A program made the translations under genes and the position numbers. DNA of 64,000 nt, taken from the NCBI RefSeq assembly GCF_009914755.1, contig NC_060933.1; one strand, given 5' to 3'. Shown one piece after another: positions 48,170 through 64,000 of this stretch; the first letter of the stretch is position 1, and each line of letters begins with the position of its first letter. This DNA comes from the human T2T-CHM13v2.0 reference genome, Homo sapiens. The notes under the pieces were generated by a model. That model worked only from the letters and a program-made list of their open reading frames with translations. It did no database searches and was not told where the DNA came from.

Positions 48170-48463
<294 letters not shown>

Positions 48464-48762
48464 CTGGGTGGCTACTTTTAAATTTACTAGTCACTGAAGG
48501 CCTTTCTGAATAAGGTGACATTTAAGCTGAGAGCTGAGTAAAAATGAGCACTCGAGAATGAAGAGAATGTTTTCTATAGGGAACTGCTAGAGCAAAGACC
48601 TTTAAGAATGTGTTTTGGGTACTGAAAAAAAGCCTGCATTGCTAAGGTGATGGGTAAGAGATAAGGGTGAGTTGGGTAAGAGATAAGAGAGTGAGTTAGG
48701 CAAGTGAGTTAGGCTAGGGGTTTTCAGGGTAAACTTGGAAACATTTACAAGCAGGACAGAAA

Positions 48763-48979
48763 TCTTTGTTTCTTTGTCTCTGTCTCTCTTTTCTCTTTTT
48801 CCCTCCCTTCCTCTCTCCCTTCCTCCCTCCCTTCTTCCCTTCCTCCCTCCCTTCCTCCCTCCTTTCCTCCCTTCTTCCCTCCCTCCCTCCCTTCCCCCTT
48901 CCCTCTCCTTTCCTCTCCTTCCCTCCTTTCCTCCCTTCCTTCCCCACTCCTTTCCCTTCCTTCCTTCCCTTCCTTTTTC
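48763..48979 (+). repeat. Polypyrimidine (CCTT/CCCT)n tract forming the expanded tail of an antisense AluJ (~48975-49260)
   Basis: Almost pure C/T run abutting the Alu 3' end. Confidence 0.93.
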
Positions 48980-51900
48980 AACAAGGTCTTGCTCTGTCAC
49001 CCAGGATAGAGTACAGTGGCATGATCATAGCTCACTGCAGCCCCAAACTCCTGGGCTCAAGTGATCCTCCACCCTAAGCCTCCCCAGTAGCTGGGACTAC
49101 GGGGGCATGCCACCACGCCCAGCTAATTTTAGTTTTTTTTTGTAGGGATGGGGTCTTGATGTTTTATCCAGGCTGGTCTCCAACTTCTAGCCTCAAGTGA
49201 TCCTCCTGCCTCAGCCTCCTAAAGTGCTGGGATGACAGGCATGAGCCAGCACACCTAGCCAAGAAATATTTCTTGTAGGATTTTTAAAGGTTACTTTGAT
49301 GCTGTGGGGTGGGCAAGAGTGAAAAGCAGAGACATCAGTTAGGGGGCTTGTGCAGTAGTTTTAAGTAATTGCAGCTTGAACCAGGGCAGTAGGAGTGGAG
49401 ATGTAGAGAAGTAGATGGAATTAGGATATGTTTTGAGAGGTACAGTTGGCTGTACCACTTGCTGTGTCACCTCAGGCAAGTTACTCAGTATGTGCCTTTT
49501 GGTCCTCTGCTGTAAAATGAGAATACTAGTATGAAAGTACTAACTTATTGGTATATGGGTTTTGAAATAATATTAACAGTGCTTGGCAATGTGGTACCAC
49601 TCTCCCTCCATTGTTCTTGCTTAGAAAGCCTCAAATGTGATTAAATTCAACTCAGTGTTTGTACTTGCACCTGAGTGGCCAGAGATGCACCTTGTAGCCA
49701 CATTGACTTGTCTTGCTTAAATTTATGAACATTAAGGAACTTAAGTTCATGAGCACTAAGGAACATTAAGGCACACTAAGGAACCTTAATTGGGTCCTTA
49801 GTATGCAGCACCTGACAGTCTTACAGTTTACTAGTCCAGTCACTCTTCCACTGCCACAGGATGCTTTCATATCATCTAGCCTGCTTATTTTCACTTGATG
49901 ACCCTAGTCTTTATTTGATTGAGAATTTGGAAATAATCGAGACAGAATGTCTACAAGGTCCTACCGTAGCTACCTACCTGCTAGCCTCTTCTTACTGTAG
50001 ATAGTTCTGAATTGTGGGCGGTGCTATCTAAGGCAGGTCCTTCCACTTTTCCACTGTACCTCATCCCCTGTCATGTGTGAAGGACATCACTCCATCAGAT
50101 CTTTTCTCTTCATCACTGATTTTTCCCATTTCTAGGGTATACAAACATTTTTCCCCATCTTAATGATACACTCCCTTGTGTCCACATCCCTCTTTAGCTG
50201 CTGCCCTATTTCCCTGCTTCTCAAGAAAATTCAGGAGTATCTCTTAATTCTGTTTACTTTTTTCCACATCTTGCTCTTTTCAGATCCACCATACTGTTCC
50301 TAAAAGGGAGTCCTCACAACTTTGTACTTGTGCTTTGTCCTTAAGCACAATACTTTTAAAAAAGTCTTTCTCCTCTTTATTAAAATGAGAGTAATAATAA
50401 TTGAACTGCTTTCCTAACAGTTGTGAAAATCAGGTGAGATCATGGGCATGGAAATATTTAGTGAATTGTGAAATTAGAAATAAATTTTGCAGTTTTTAAA
50501 CAAATCCTGCTTTCATCAGTTTTTATTTCGATCATTTCACTATTCTTTCTTTAAAAGGTTTGTATGAATGAGATATTCTCATTTTCTTAGATTGACATAA
50601 TCAGCAATTTTGAACAGTGTGTAAAATCAATGAACAAGGTCCTGCCGCGATAGATGCCGTATAGGATTCCAGTTAATTTCTGAAAGAAATTTGCTAAATT
50701 TAACCCTACTGTGGCACAGTGAATCGTACGAAGGACACTACACCATCTGTTCCCTGTAAGTTTAGATAAATAAATGTTTTTTATAGTGTCACGAAAGCTA
50801 ATTTTACAACTGAATGAGCTTTATAAAACTTGTAAACATTGTATAAACTTATTTCGAGGAGGTAGACCAGCTACAAATGACTGACAATACATGAACAGAT
50901 TCTGGAGGCTTAAACAGGTAGATAAAGTTGTTCTCACCAATTATTCCCCACACACTTCTGGTTGAATTAGGTAGGCACCTTGTTTTTGCTAGTGCACTGG
51001 CGAGATCCATTCTTTGCCTATATAGAAACTTACAGGTATCTTGGGAATTCTGCTTACTCAGTTTTCAAATTCCTGTGTTTCTTTTGGTCTTGTTGAAATC
51101 ATACTGTTAGGAATATATTTTATAATAGATTAAATTGGCATGAATTGGTTGGCTTAATTTCTGTGGGACAAATGGGTTTTGGATTTCAAATCATATATTT
51201 AAAATAATAGCCTTTTGGATCATAACCCCAGTTTGAGGATTGCCTTTGTTATAGTGCCTGCCTCTTCTCACATAATTAATGTTATGCTATCAGTTATTGT
51301 TTCAATTGTAAAAATCTCCTGTACTAAATTATTTTATTCCTTGGGTCCAGTGAGGAGATTTTTCCTATTTGTACTGAAGTCAGCTGACATTTTTAAAATC
51401 AAATTTGTATTTGTAGAAATATCAGGAACCTACCTTGGGACAGAAATTCCCCAGGAAATACTCTGGTGCCTGTACCAGTTTCTCAAGTGGAAGGAGAAGA
51501 ACCGAAGAACCAAAAAAGAAAAAGCATTACCTGTAGTGTAAACATAAGAAATCCTTTAGTACACATTTGGCTTTGGGAATCTCCTTTATTTTGCTAATTG
51601 TTGATTGCCAAAATTTAATTGCTGCTATTATTTTTTAATTAGGCCGTGTAGTATTAGAACTGCCTTAGACCTTTTTCTTTTAAATGAAATCTCTTTTTCT
51701 CTTTGAAAGTCCAGTTTTCCCTAAATTACTCAAGTAATTCAGGCTCATTATAGTAAATAAAGTATAGTAAAATGAGAATGGCTTTTGCCATCGGTCTAAG
51801 GAACCACTGTAGACTCTGTATATCCCTCTAGTCTTTTCAAAAAATACATTTACACATAATACATGAACACAACTACACTATTTGTTTAAAAAAATTAATT

Positions 51901-52173
51901 AGCAACTAGCTTTTTTTCCTCAAACATAGTTATAAATATTCATTTATATTGCATAATGTTCAAATGAATTTATGTACATTAATTTATTTTACCATTTCTC
52001 CTTTGTGGATGTTTAGGGTGGTTTTCAGTTTTTAGTATTGCAAAAAGCAATGTAGTGCACATACTTTGTACCTTTGTCTTTGAAGTAGTTACATGAGCAC
52101 CTCTAGCATTGATTTCTAGATGCGAAATTATTTGGTCAAAGTGTGGCAGATTGCCTTTAAAAATGCCTGGTCA

Positions 52174-52507
<334 letters not shown>

Positions 52508-52646
52508 TTATTTACAAATACCATCTCCCATATGAGTAGCCAGGATTCAAATTTAGAGACTCTGCCTCTAGAGCCTGTATGTTTAACCTTTTTATTTCAT
52601 CTGCCTTAGTGTCCCCATTAGAAAAAGAGGATAATAGTATCTACCT

Positions 52647-53150
52647 GTGTACTAGTTAACCTATTACTGCATAACAAATTACCCCAAAACTTAATTAGAA
52701 CAGTAAACACTTACTATTTCATAATTTCTGTGAGTCAGAAATTCAGGGATATTTTAGCTGTGTGGTTCTTACTCAAGAGTCTCAGGAAGTTGGATTTAAG
52801 GACTTCATTCTATGCATTAAAGGCTTGACTGGCTGGAGGGTTCCCACTGAAAGTGACTTCCTCACATGGCTAACAACTTGGTGATGGTTATTGACTGGAG
52901 GCCTCAGATCCTCCCCATATGTCCTCATGACATTGTGGCTGGCTTCTCCCAGTGTTAGTGATCCAAGAGAGCAAAATAGAAACGATGGCTTTTATATATA
53001 AACCAGCCTCAGAAGTCACACTTTTACTTCAGCAGTATCTTACTGTTCTTGTGGACTAGCCATAATTTAGTATGTGAAGGGTATGTACCAAAGGCTTGAA
53101 TACCAAGAGATGGGAGTCATTGGGGGCCATCTTGGGTGTTGGCTACTACA
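52647..53150 (-). mobile_element. MLT1-family LTR inserted in a MIR
   Basis: tgtactagttaacctattactgcataacaaattaccccaaaac...ggggccatcttgg...ggctactaca. Confidence 0.75.
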
Positions 53151-53566
53151 ACCTCATAGAGATGTAGTACAGATTAAAAGAGTTAATTATTGTGAGGCTC
53201 TTAGTACACTGCCTGGCATATGGCAAGTACATAGCCTGCATTAGCTTTTATTCAGATGTTATATTTCAGGGCTACCCATTAAAACTTTACACAATTATTT
53301 ATACTGTATATAGTTACAACAGTAATAAGGAACAACATAGTTACAAAAGTAAGAAGAAAAAATAATACTGTAACAGTGAGCACGCTGTTATATGGAATAT
53401 GCAATTGCTGACCTAATTAACAAGCAGTAGCCTAGAAATCTTATGCAAAGTGCTGTGTAAGAAGATTGACATGGCAGCTCATTATACTATCATAGGAATA
53501 TGATTTACAAGATATTATTTTGATGTCTCATGCATGACCTAAATTTGTCGAATGAAAAATGACTGC

Positions 53567-53795
53567 TTTTTTAAAGAGACAGAGTCTTGCTCTGTTGCTC
53601 AGGCTGGAGTACGCTGACAAGATTATAGCTCACTCCAACCTTGAACTCCTGGGCTCAGTCAATCCTTTCACGTCAGCCTCCTGAGGTAACTGGGACTACA
53701 AGCGGGCACCACAGCACCCGTCTAATTAAAAAAATTTTTTTGGAGATGGTGGCTCACTATGTTGACCAGGCTGACCTCAAACTATTGGGATAACA
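53567..53795 (-). mobile_element. Internally deleted AluJ
   Basis: Flanks aaatgact(g/a)ctttt. Confidence 0.85.
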
Positions 53796-54449
53796 GGGGA
53801 AATGACTACTTTTAATGGTTGTTGGCCTGAACTAGAATAGTGCCAGTGCCACAGAGATGCACGGTAGTGCTCACATTAGGGAATAATTAGATGGTAAGTT
53901 TAGCTTTGTGGCGGCACTTTTAAATACACTTTATGATTGTCTTCCTTTGGAGGAAAAAAGAAAAACCATGCCCATCATGTTTAATATTATGTTGAGTACG
54001 TTTTTATTTTTAAATGCACGATTTTTTAAGAGAGAATTAAGTAGCTAGAAAAAATGTTTGATTTCTTGAATGTTAACCATGTCTTTGTCTCTAGTGGAAT
54101 TGATGATAAACCACCATTATTTATGTAGTGGGAAATGCAGCACAATGAAAGTTCTAGCCTTGGTTATGTACTGGGACTGTGGTGCTCAGGTTTATATTCA
54201 CTCTGTTGAGATGGCTTACTGGAATGGGAGCATTGGTGTGGGGCTCAGCGCAGTTAAAGGAGTCATAATTGCATCTGTTGGTGGGCCATATCCTTTCCAA
54301 GAGAAACCTTGTGCTGAGTTCATACCTCTTCCTTTGAAGCATCCAGAAAGAAGGCAGTCTTTCTTGCTAATCTGTTTTGAAGTATGCTCAATTAGGTTGG
54401 ATTAGGGATGATTTAAACAAAGTAATTTAGACACAGTTCTTCTACAGAT

Positions 54450-55990
54450 ACATTATGGTTTAAATACCTCTAGGACATCCCGTGAAGGTGTTCAGTAGAG
54501 AGTTAAGTGTGCATAAATGAAGGTCAGGGAGAGAGAGCTGGGCTAGAAATACAGATGACATCTGCATGGTTATTGAAACTAGGAGTAGACACGATGGATT
54601 ATCCTGGAAGTCTAAGTAGCACTTAAAGGGCTGGCCAGGGAGGAGGATTTCGTGAAGCAGTGAATGGAGAGATAGGAAAACCAAAAGTGTGGCATCCTGG
54701 AAGCCAAGAGATGGCAGTATGTAAAGGAGGGACAGGTCAGTACTGTCACACGTGACAAGAGGAAGATAGGAGAGGATTAAGAAGTGTGGTATCATTATGG
54801 TGTTGCAGAATTCAGTGATGTTGGTAAAGAGCAGTGATAATGGAATGGCCAGCGGTGGGTGGGGGGGGACTACCAGAGAAAATAAGCAGCAGAATGAGAA
54901 TAAATTTCATGTTTTTGTTTATCAGCACAGTATTGCTCTCTTTTGAGTAGTTGGTTTGGGATTATGAATAAGTGAGGACAGTGGTGTGTATTTAAGTTTT
55001 TGAAGAATTAGATTGTGGGGGGAGAGAGTCTAGGAGGAGACGTGATTGTTAAGTGTTTGTTTTTAAAATGATGAAGTATTAGGTCTAAGTGTGAATGAAA
55101 GTGAACTGAGTGAGAGAGAGGCTGAAAAAGCTGGGGGAGATAGGAAATATAATGAATTTAGTAAGATACTGAAAAATACTTGGAGGCGAACCAGAGGACA
55201 GGTGGAAATAATTAGGTTTGAAAGAAAGGGATACTTTTTTCATTTAATAGGTGAGAAGGAGATGTAGGTGGGTCTGGATGCAACAAAGTTAGACAAAGAT
55301 GAAAATAAGTTCCTCTGTCTTCTGTTTTTAATAAGGTAGAAAGTGGTCACCTGCGGACAGTACGAGAGGATGCTGTGAATCAGATTTAGAGTAGAATGCA
55401 GATTTGAGATATTCTTTTGGAGGATGGAGAAGAGGGCTAACTAGGGGGAACAGAAGATTTAGTGTATCCTTTTCTCCACTAGCATTTAGAAAACGGTATA
55501 AATGTAGATAGGCAGTCTCTTAGGTAAAAGTTGAGATTTGTTAGCTAAGCAAGGTTAGGACAATGAGACACCACAGAGTGGTTGGAGTAAATTTTAGAGG
55601 TTGAGTACTGACAAATAAATGGTGTTGGTCCAAATACAGAATTTTGTGTGTTAGGAGCAGCAGAAAGACAAGGAAGTTTTTGATATTAGAAAGAAGGTGA
55701 TAGGAGCAATGATAGTGAAGATTGAAATGAAAGTAGAGACTCTAGGGACCAAGTCTTAAGGAGATTCAAGAGCAAGTATAGTGAACAGTTAACTAAGAGC
55801 TGGTAGGAACAGGAGATTGGTCACTTATAATTTTAAACATGGAGTGGTTTTTAGATGACAAAATTCAGCCTGTAGGGTTCTGTAAGTATAGATTGGATTG
55901 TAAGTAAAGATCACTGTTTTGTTCAAGGTAAGGAACAATGCCAGAATTTTAGACAGGTCAGTGCACCTGGTTCCAAAGTCTGGTTCAGTT
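54450..55990 (-). mobile_element. Long degenerate L2 fragment
   Basis: tcagggagagagagctgggctag...tggcatcctggaagccaag...tactgtcacacgtgac. Confidence 0.6.
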
Positions 55991-56334
55991 ATTTTCTTTG
56001 AAGTGATACTGTTGGGTCAAATCCCCGTGCCTTCCCCCACCACCTTAAAAATGTTGAAGCATCTTGGCATGTTGCCCTCAAAAATTTTGATCATTTGATA
56101 CTTTAATTCTTATTCTGAGAATGTATTTCTTCACTTTCAATGCCAAGAATTATTCAAAACAATCTTTCCAGTGTGATAGTCTATTGGATTAATAACATGA
56201 GGCATCAAAATTTATGTCTTTGGTTACTAATGAGGTTGAGCTTTTCTGTGCTGTGACTGTGTAATTGTGAATTGCCTGCCCAATCATTTGTCCAATTTTT
56301 TTATTAGTGCAAAAACAGTTTTGTGCCTTGTCTC

Positions 56335-58405
<2,071 letters not shown>

Positions 58406-59334
58406 CAATGTACTTACATTTATTAATGTTTACCACATTAGAAATTAAAACAAACTTTATTAATGTTCATTTAAAAATAAATATAAACTTATTATAATAA
58501 ATATTATACTTACTTTTTTTGCAAAAAATAACTATCTGCCAAAACAACAGTAGCACCAAAGCACTGAAAAGACTGACACTGTTTTACTTTTTTTTTTGCA
58601 AATCTGATGTTTGGCTTTAAAAAAATTTTACTTGTGTTTTACCTTTGAAATGGGGAACAGTGGAAAATAGTGGATTGAGATTTTTGTGATGGATTTCTAC
58701 TTTGGGGAACATCAGAATAGCAGTGATGCTACTGACCCATTTCAGGAAGATCAGTGCAGCAAGGAAGGTTTATATGGTATTTGCAAAATACTCTGCTTGG
58801 AGTCATAAGGGGTGGTAACCTCTTTATTTCCGTCTCCTCATCTATAAAATTGAGTGGGTGACATTTCCTTTTGTCCCAGAGTTTTGAGGATTGTGTGAAA
58901 TTGTATGTTAACATCTGAAGCTAAATAAGCTTTTTTTATCTTTGAAGTACACACCATCACTTTTTAATTGTACAAAAGAAACCTTTATTTGTATCCCTTT
59001 CTGTCTAAAACTCAAGAGAACTGTCAACTTAGATAATTTTCAAGAAGTATTGAATTTTTCTCCTTGGTTTTTGTGCCTTTAAAGTAATGAAAGTAGTTCT
59101 ATAAAGGCAAATGGGAAAGCCATCTCTGCCTTTTTTACTCCTGTACCTCCCTACTTAACAAGTTAAGAAGTTCATTAGACTCATTTTTGTAAATACTGTA
59201 TAATGAGCCTAATTGTCACACAATTTTAGGAAATGAAGAGACTATAAAGGTCATGGATTCCAGCTCCTCTTACAGATGAATGAAGCTGATGCTGAGAGAA
59301 GCTAAGCTGCTTGTTTAAGAGCATTGAAGTTGTC

Positions 59335-59465
59335 TGGAGGTTTTCAGCCTGGGCTGAACTTTGGAAACACCTGTAAAACTTTTAAAAAATACTGATGTCA
59401 AGGTCCCACTCTCAGAGATTATGTTTTAATTGGTGTTTGTAAAGTCCCCCTGGTGATTGTAATGA
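59335..59465. mobile_element. MER5-type MITE remnant
   Basis: ggttttcagcctgggctg...taaaaaatactgatgtcaaggtcccac. Confidence 0.6.
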
Positions 59466-59915
59466 AACATAACACTTAAAATGAATCATTTGCCTTTTAA
59501 CATTCACAATTTAACCTTTAACATTGAAGTATTCTTATTGTTGATGAGACTGTTTTATTTCTTAGATTTTTTAGGTGATCAAGCTTTACTTTCTTGCTCC
59601 GTGGGAAATAAACCCATGAACAGTATATAAACCAAAACTTTGATGTTGAAAACTTTATTTTAAATTATCAGTTCAACTAGTAAATTTTTAAAAATCTGTG
59701 TGTATCAGATGGTGTTAAAGTTTATGGCTATCATAACTAGTAATATGAGTTAATGTTGAATCTTTTTTGATATAAATTGGAAAAACATAATATTTGAGGT
59801 TTTGGAAACATTAATAATTATGTATATAATTTTTGTCTTCCATTATTTATTCAGATTCTGGATTGTCATTTTTTATTTAGACTTTTTCCAAAACAAATCT
59901 TTATTTTTCCTATAG

Positions 59916-59997
59916 GTGAAAGCACTGAAAGAGAAGATTGAATCTGAAAAGGGGAAAGATGCCTTTCCAGTAGCAGGTCAAAAATTAATTTATGCAG
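59916..59997 (+). CDS. RAD23B: RAD23B coding exon 2 (82 nt, [28 protein letters not shown])
   Basis: Acceptor ttatttttcctatag|GTG; donor CAG|GTATGA; continues the exon 1 frame; contains the UBL motif QKLIYAG. Confidence 0.98.
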
Positions 59998-61317
59998 GTA
60001 TGAATTAAATATTAAAATTAACATGCCATGTCTTGATATTCTTTTAGTTTTAGAAATGTTATCTTATATATTGTAGTATATTCAAATTGTCAGAAAAATG
60101 ATTGTACAAATAAAAGCAGTGAAAGAGCAGTCATTTGAATCTAATATTAATATTCAATCTTCTCTTTATTCACATTTGCCCTGTGTATTTTTCCATCAAA
60201 TGGTATTAGTTTTGTTTTATCTTTTGTAAGCATCGTGTAACTGGCTTTTGTTTTTTTAATCAAACGGAGCTTTTTTTTTTAAATTGAATTGAAACCATTT
60301 ATACTGATTGTGTTATTATTAGTATGCTTGGAATCATTCCTGTAAAATTATTTTAACCAAAACTAACTGAAGAGTACAGAAAAAACACATCACACAGACA
60401 CCTACAGGAAGAAAAAAAATTAATATTCAGATTATGTAAAGAATTCTTAGAAATCAGTAAGGAAAGGATGACCAATAAAGCAACAAAGGATAAGAGTAGG
60501 AATTATACATTTGACTAGCCTCACTAATAACCAGGAAAATGTATATTAAAAATACATTTGATATCCAAATTTTTAGAGAAAATGCTTTCATTGTAGATGT
60601 TAGTAAGGTGGGTGTTTGATCACCCATGGATTCTTCTCTTTTTCTGAATAGTGTTTCCTAAAGTGAGACAGCCTGGAGGAAATGCTAACCTGGTGATTCA
60701 GTCCCATTATTTTTATAGGTCAGAATTCAGAAGCCTAAAGAAGCGGACATAAAATTCAAATTTCCAGTTTCTTGTTTTGGCCTGTTTTCTCATTCCTATC
60801 CATATTCCTTTCTGACTTAATGTTAGCAGCTTTTGATTCAATAGCTTTTTAAAGGTGGAAAACTAAATTCATGTAGCAAGAAACACTAGAGAGTCCTAGC
60901 TACCTAATAGTGACCTTCAGCACGACCACAGTTTTGTGTACTTCGTGCATTTCTAAGTTCTGTAGCATCTTGCCCTTTCTTGTGTATCATGTCGTTTTCT
61001 GAAGTACTTTTAGTATCTTGCTTTGATAGTGTTAGAACATTTCTGATTTATCAGATATCAGTATTTTGGGGAGCAGGAAATTTGTTTCTCTCCCTTTCTT
61101 CATATCATAAAAGAATATAGGTTATTTTCCAGAGGACCCCTGTGCAATCGGAGTATTGAATTTTCTTTATCTTCATGATCTCCTCCTTTTCAGGGCCTCT
61201 TTCATATTTCCTTGCCCAGTAAGTCTTTTATATAATCAATACATTTGTAAAAATTGATTGTCATTCTATATACACTATATAAGTTTGACATCTTTTAGTC
61301 AAATGCTTATGCTTTTT

Positions 61318-61614
61318 AGTTTTATTTGTTTGAGAGAGGGTCTTGCTCTGTCACCCAAGCTGGAGTGCAGTGGTGTGATTATACTCGCTGTATCCTTGAA
61401 CTCCTGAGCTCAGGTGATCCTCCTGCCTCAGCCTCCCAAGTAGCTAGGACCATAGGCATGTGCCACAATGCCTGGCTAATTTTGAATTTTTTTTTTTCAT
61501 AAACAGGGTCTTGCTATGTTGGCCATGCTGGTTTCAAACTCCTGGCCTCAAGCTATATTTCCTCCTCAGCCTACCAAAGTGTTGGGATTACAGGTGTGAG
61601 CCACCATGCCCTGC
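61318..61614 (-). mobile_element. AluJ in intron 2
   Basis: Antisense dimeric Alu with J-type motifs. Confidence 0.9.
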
Positions 61615-61809
61615 CACTTAGGAGTTGTTTTATTTTTATCTTGATTGATTGGTTTTTCTTTGGGAAAAGTATTAACTGATAGAATTTATGTTGGTGATTC
61701 ATATTTTAATATTTCTGAAATATTCATATTTCGAGTAGAAAGTTGTTTTAACTGAAGTGTAAGAGAAAGATTATGCCTTAAATGATTTTTTTTTCTCTTA
61801 ATGTATTAG

Positions 61810-61889
61810 GCAAAATCCTCAATGATGATACTGCTCTCAAAGAATATAAAATTGATGAGAAAAACTTTGTGGTGGTTATGGTGACCAAA
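61810..61889 (+). CDS. RAD23B: RAD23B coding exon 3 (80 nt, [27 protein letters not shown]); gene continues past the window
   Basis: Acceptor ...gtattag|GC; donor AAA|GTAAGT; 66+82+80=228 nt = 76 codons in one frame. Confidence 0.98.
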
Positions 61890-62410
61890 GTAAGTTTCAA
61901 CCTCATTCTGTATATCTTTATGCATGTAGGTCTTTTTAAAAATGATGATCACAAGTCCACACAATGGACACAGTTTATACACATCCATAGTGGTGTACAC
62001 TTAACTACTATGAAAGGTTTTTAAGAATTTACCTTAAGTGAAACATAAAGTTATTAATGTTTTACATTAATTACACATTAAACTATAATATAGTTTTAAT
62101 AAAATTTTATGTAAATTAAAACAATTGAAAAATAAAATGTCATGTTAAAATTATTTTTGCTACAGTAGTGAAATCATTATATAATTCTTTTAAAATGTCT
62201 TTATAAGTGGAATAAATGTTTATTCTGTAGTTTTTGTAAGCTTGCCTTAAATAGACCTGCTAAATTACGTACTAGTCCTAACAGATTCCTCAAGACAGAA
62301 AAGGCATGAAAGCTTATTATTACAGTGATAGTTCTTAGTGAAAGAATATGTTTTTAGAAACTAAAAAAAGGGAAAAGATAACTAAAGAAATGATGGAATG
62401 ATTTTTATGA

Positions 62411-62730
<320 letters not shown>

Positions 62731-63282
62731 TGGAAGTTTTAAACAGATACTTTTTTGTGATTTAGTAGGCTGGAATGTATTTGGAACAATTTATAAAATT
62801 AAATTTTTTTTAAAGCAGAGAATGAACATGGATTTTTTTAAGAGACTATTTATATACTTGTTTATTTAAAGATATATAATGCAGTGTAGAATTAAGAGAC
62901 AAATGGAGAAGTGGTACTCATGACATTCATTTTTAGGATTGGATTGTCATAATCTGAGAAAGAACAGTGTTACTTGTAGCACTGAAAATGAGTTTAAATC
63001 ACTAATTGAAACCACTTCATCAAAGGCCAAAAGTGGATTAAATGTGGGTTTTTTCTCAAAGTCACAAAATAGTTAATAGTAATAGAAAATAGAGTCGAAG
63101 AAATAAATTCTAATTACCACATGCTTTTGTACTGGGAGCAAGCAGCTAAATAGTTTACAAGTGTTGAACATTTTTTAATTCATTAAGAACCATGTTGATT
63201 TTGCTATACTTAAGAACTTAAGTCATTATATGTTAAGTTTAAAAACAAGCAGAATCGTGAGGAAACCTTGTATCATCTAGGT

Positions 63283-63525
63283 TTTTTTATTCAACTGTGG
63301 TAAAATATAACAAACTTCCAGTTTAATCATTTTAAGTGTACAGTTCAATAACATTATAGTTACATTGTTTTGCAGCTATCACCATCATATAAGTGGAATC
63401 CTATGGTATTTGTCTTTTTGTGACTGGCTTATTTCACTTAGCATAATGTCATCGAGGTTCATCTGTCTATGTTATAGCTTGTGCCAGAATTTGCTGAACT
63501 TTTAAGACTGAATACTATCCTATTT
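63283..63525 (-). mobile_element. L1M 3'-UTR fragment
   Basis: ttttaagtgtacagttcaata...tttgtgactggcttatttcacttagcataatgtc. Confidence 0.8.
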
Positions 63526-64000
63526 TCCTATCTAGTTTTAGCATACATAGTACATAATGGGAAATGTGATAGCCACACATTTAAATATGTTTTGTTACTG
63601 GTCTTAGTTTCTTTTAATATTACAGTGATCCTGACTGTTTAGAACACAAGAATTAAGCAGAAAAAGTCTCAATAGGTGCGTGTGTTTGAGGAATAGATAC
63701 TTGAAGCCTATCATTATATTGCATACAGTCCTTTTGTTTTTCCTTAAAGTCTTTTATTCCTAATATTACATAGGATTCTAATGATATTTATGATTGTTTT
63801 ATTTGAAGTTAATAGAGGACAACTATGAAAAGGGAGGGAATGCTGCTACAGTAAGGCATTATGGAAGCACTGAGAAATGACCTTATTAATACAAAGAAGG
63901 GAAAGGAAAAAGCTATTAAGATCAAAAGCAAGAATAAAAACTAAAAAGCAGAGAAGGGCTTGGTACTGTTTAGAATAAAGTATAAGTAGCTGTTCTTGGC

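Noticed and set aside
48602-49077. Low-complexity ORFs on both strands
   Set aside because: Translations of a (CCTT)n tract and an Alu
61782-62024. 80-aa ORF as an independent gene
   Set aside because: It is exon 3 plus flanking intron sequence

Overview
This is primate (almost certainly human) genomic DNA: AT-rich, CpG-depleted and dense in Alu, L1, L2, MIR, LTR and DNA-transposon remnants. The only protein-coding gene I can support is the 5' part of RAD23B on the + strand. It has a CpG-island promoter (~42.6-44.0 kb) and coding exons 1-3 (43405-43470, 59916-59997, 61810-61889). These splice with canonical GT-AG sites to residues 1-76 of the ubiquitin-like (UBL) domain, and the gene continues beyond the window. 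The first ~42 kb is intergenic repeat-rich sequence with a few candidate regulatory motif clusters. Nearly all other ORFs in the track are Alu-, low-complexity- or GC-derived artefacts. I see no convincing new multi-gene system. The most interesting signals concern control of the RAD23B N-terminus: (1) a candidate alternative first exon whose frame depends on an A10 run; (2) a MIR-embedded ATG|GT donor; (3) a uORF and an in-frame start-stop element in the 5' UTR; (4) a phase-0/phase-0 exon 2-3 block that would form a stop-free circle. A 50-bp fold-back inversion inside an old L1 and a CR1/L3 endonuclease fossil are also notable. Repeat subfamily names come from recalled consensus features and their boundaries are approximate.
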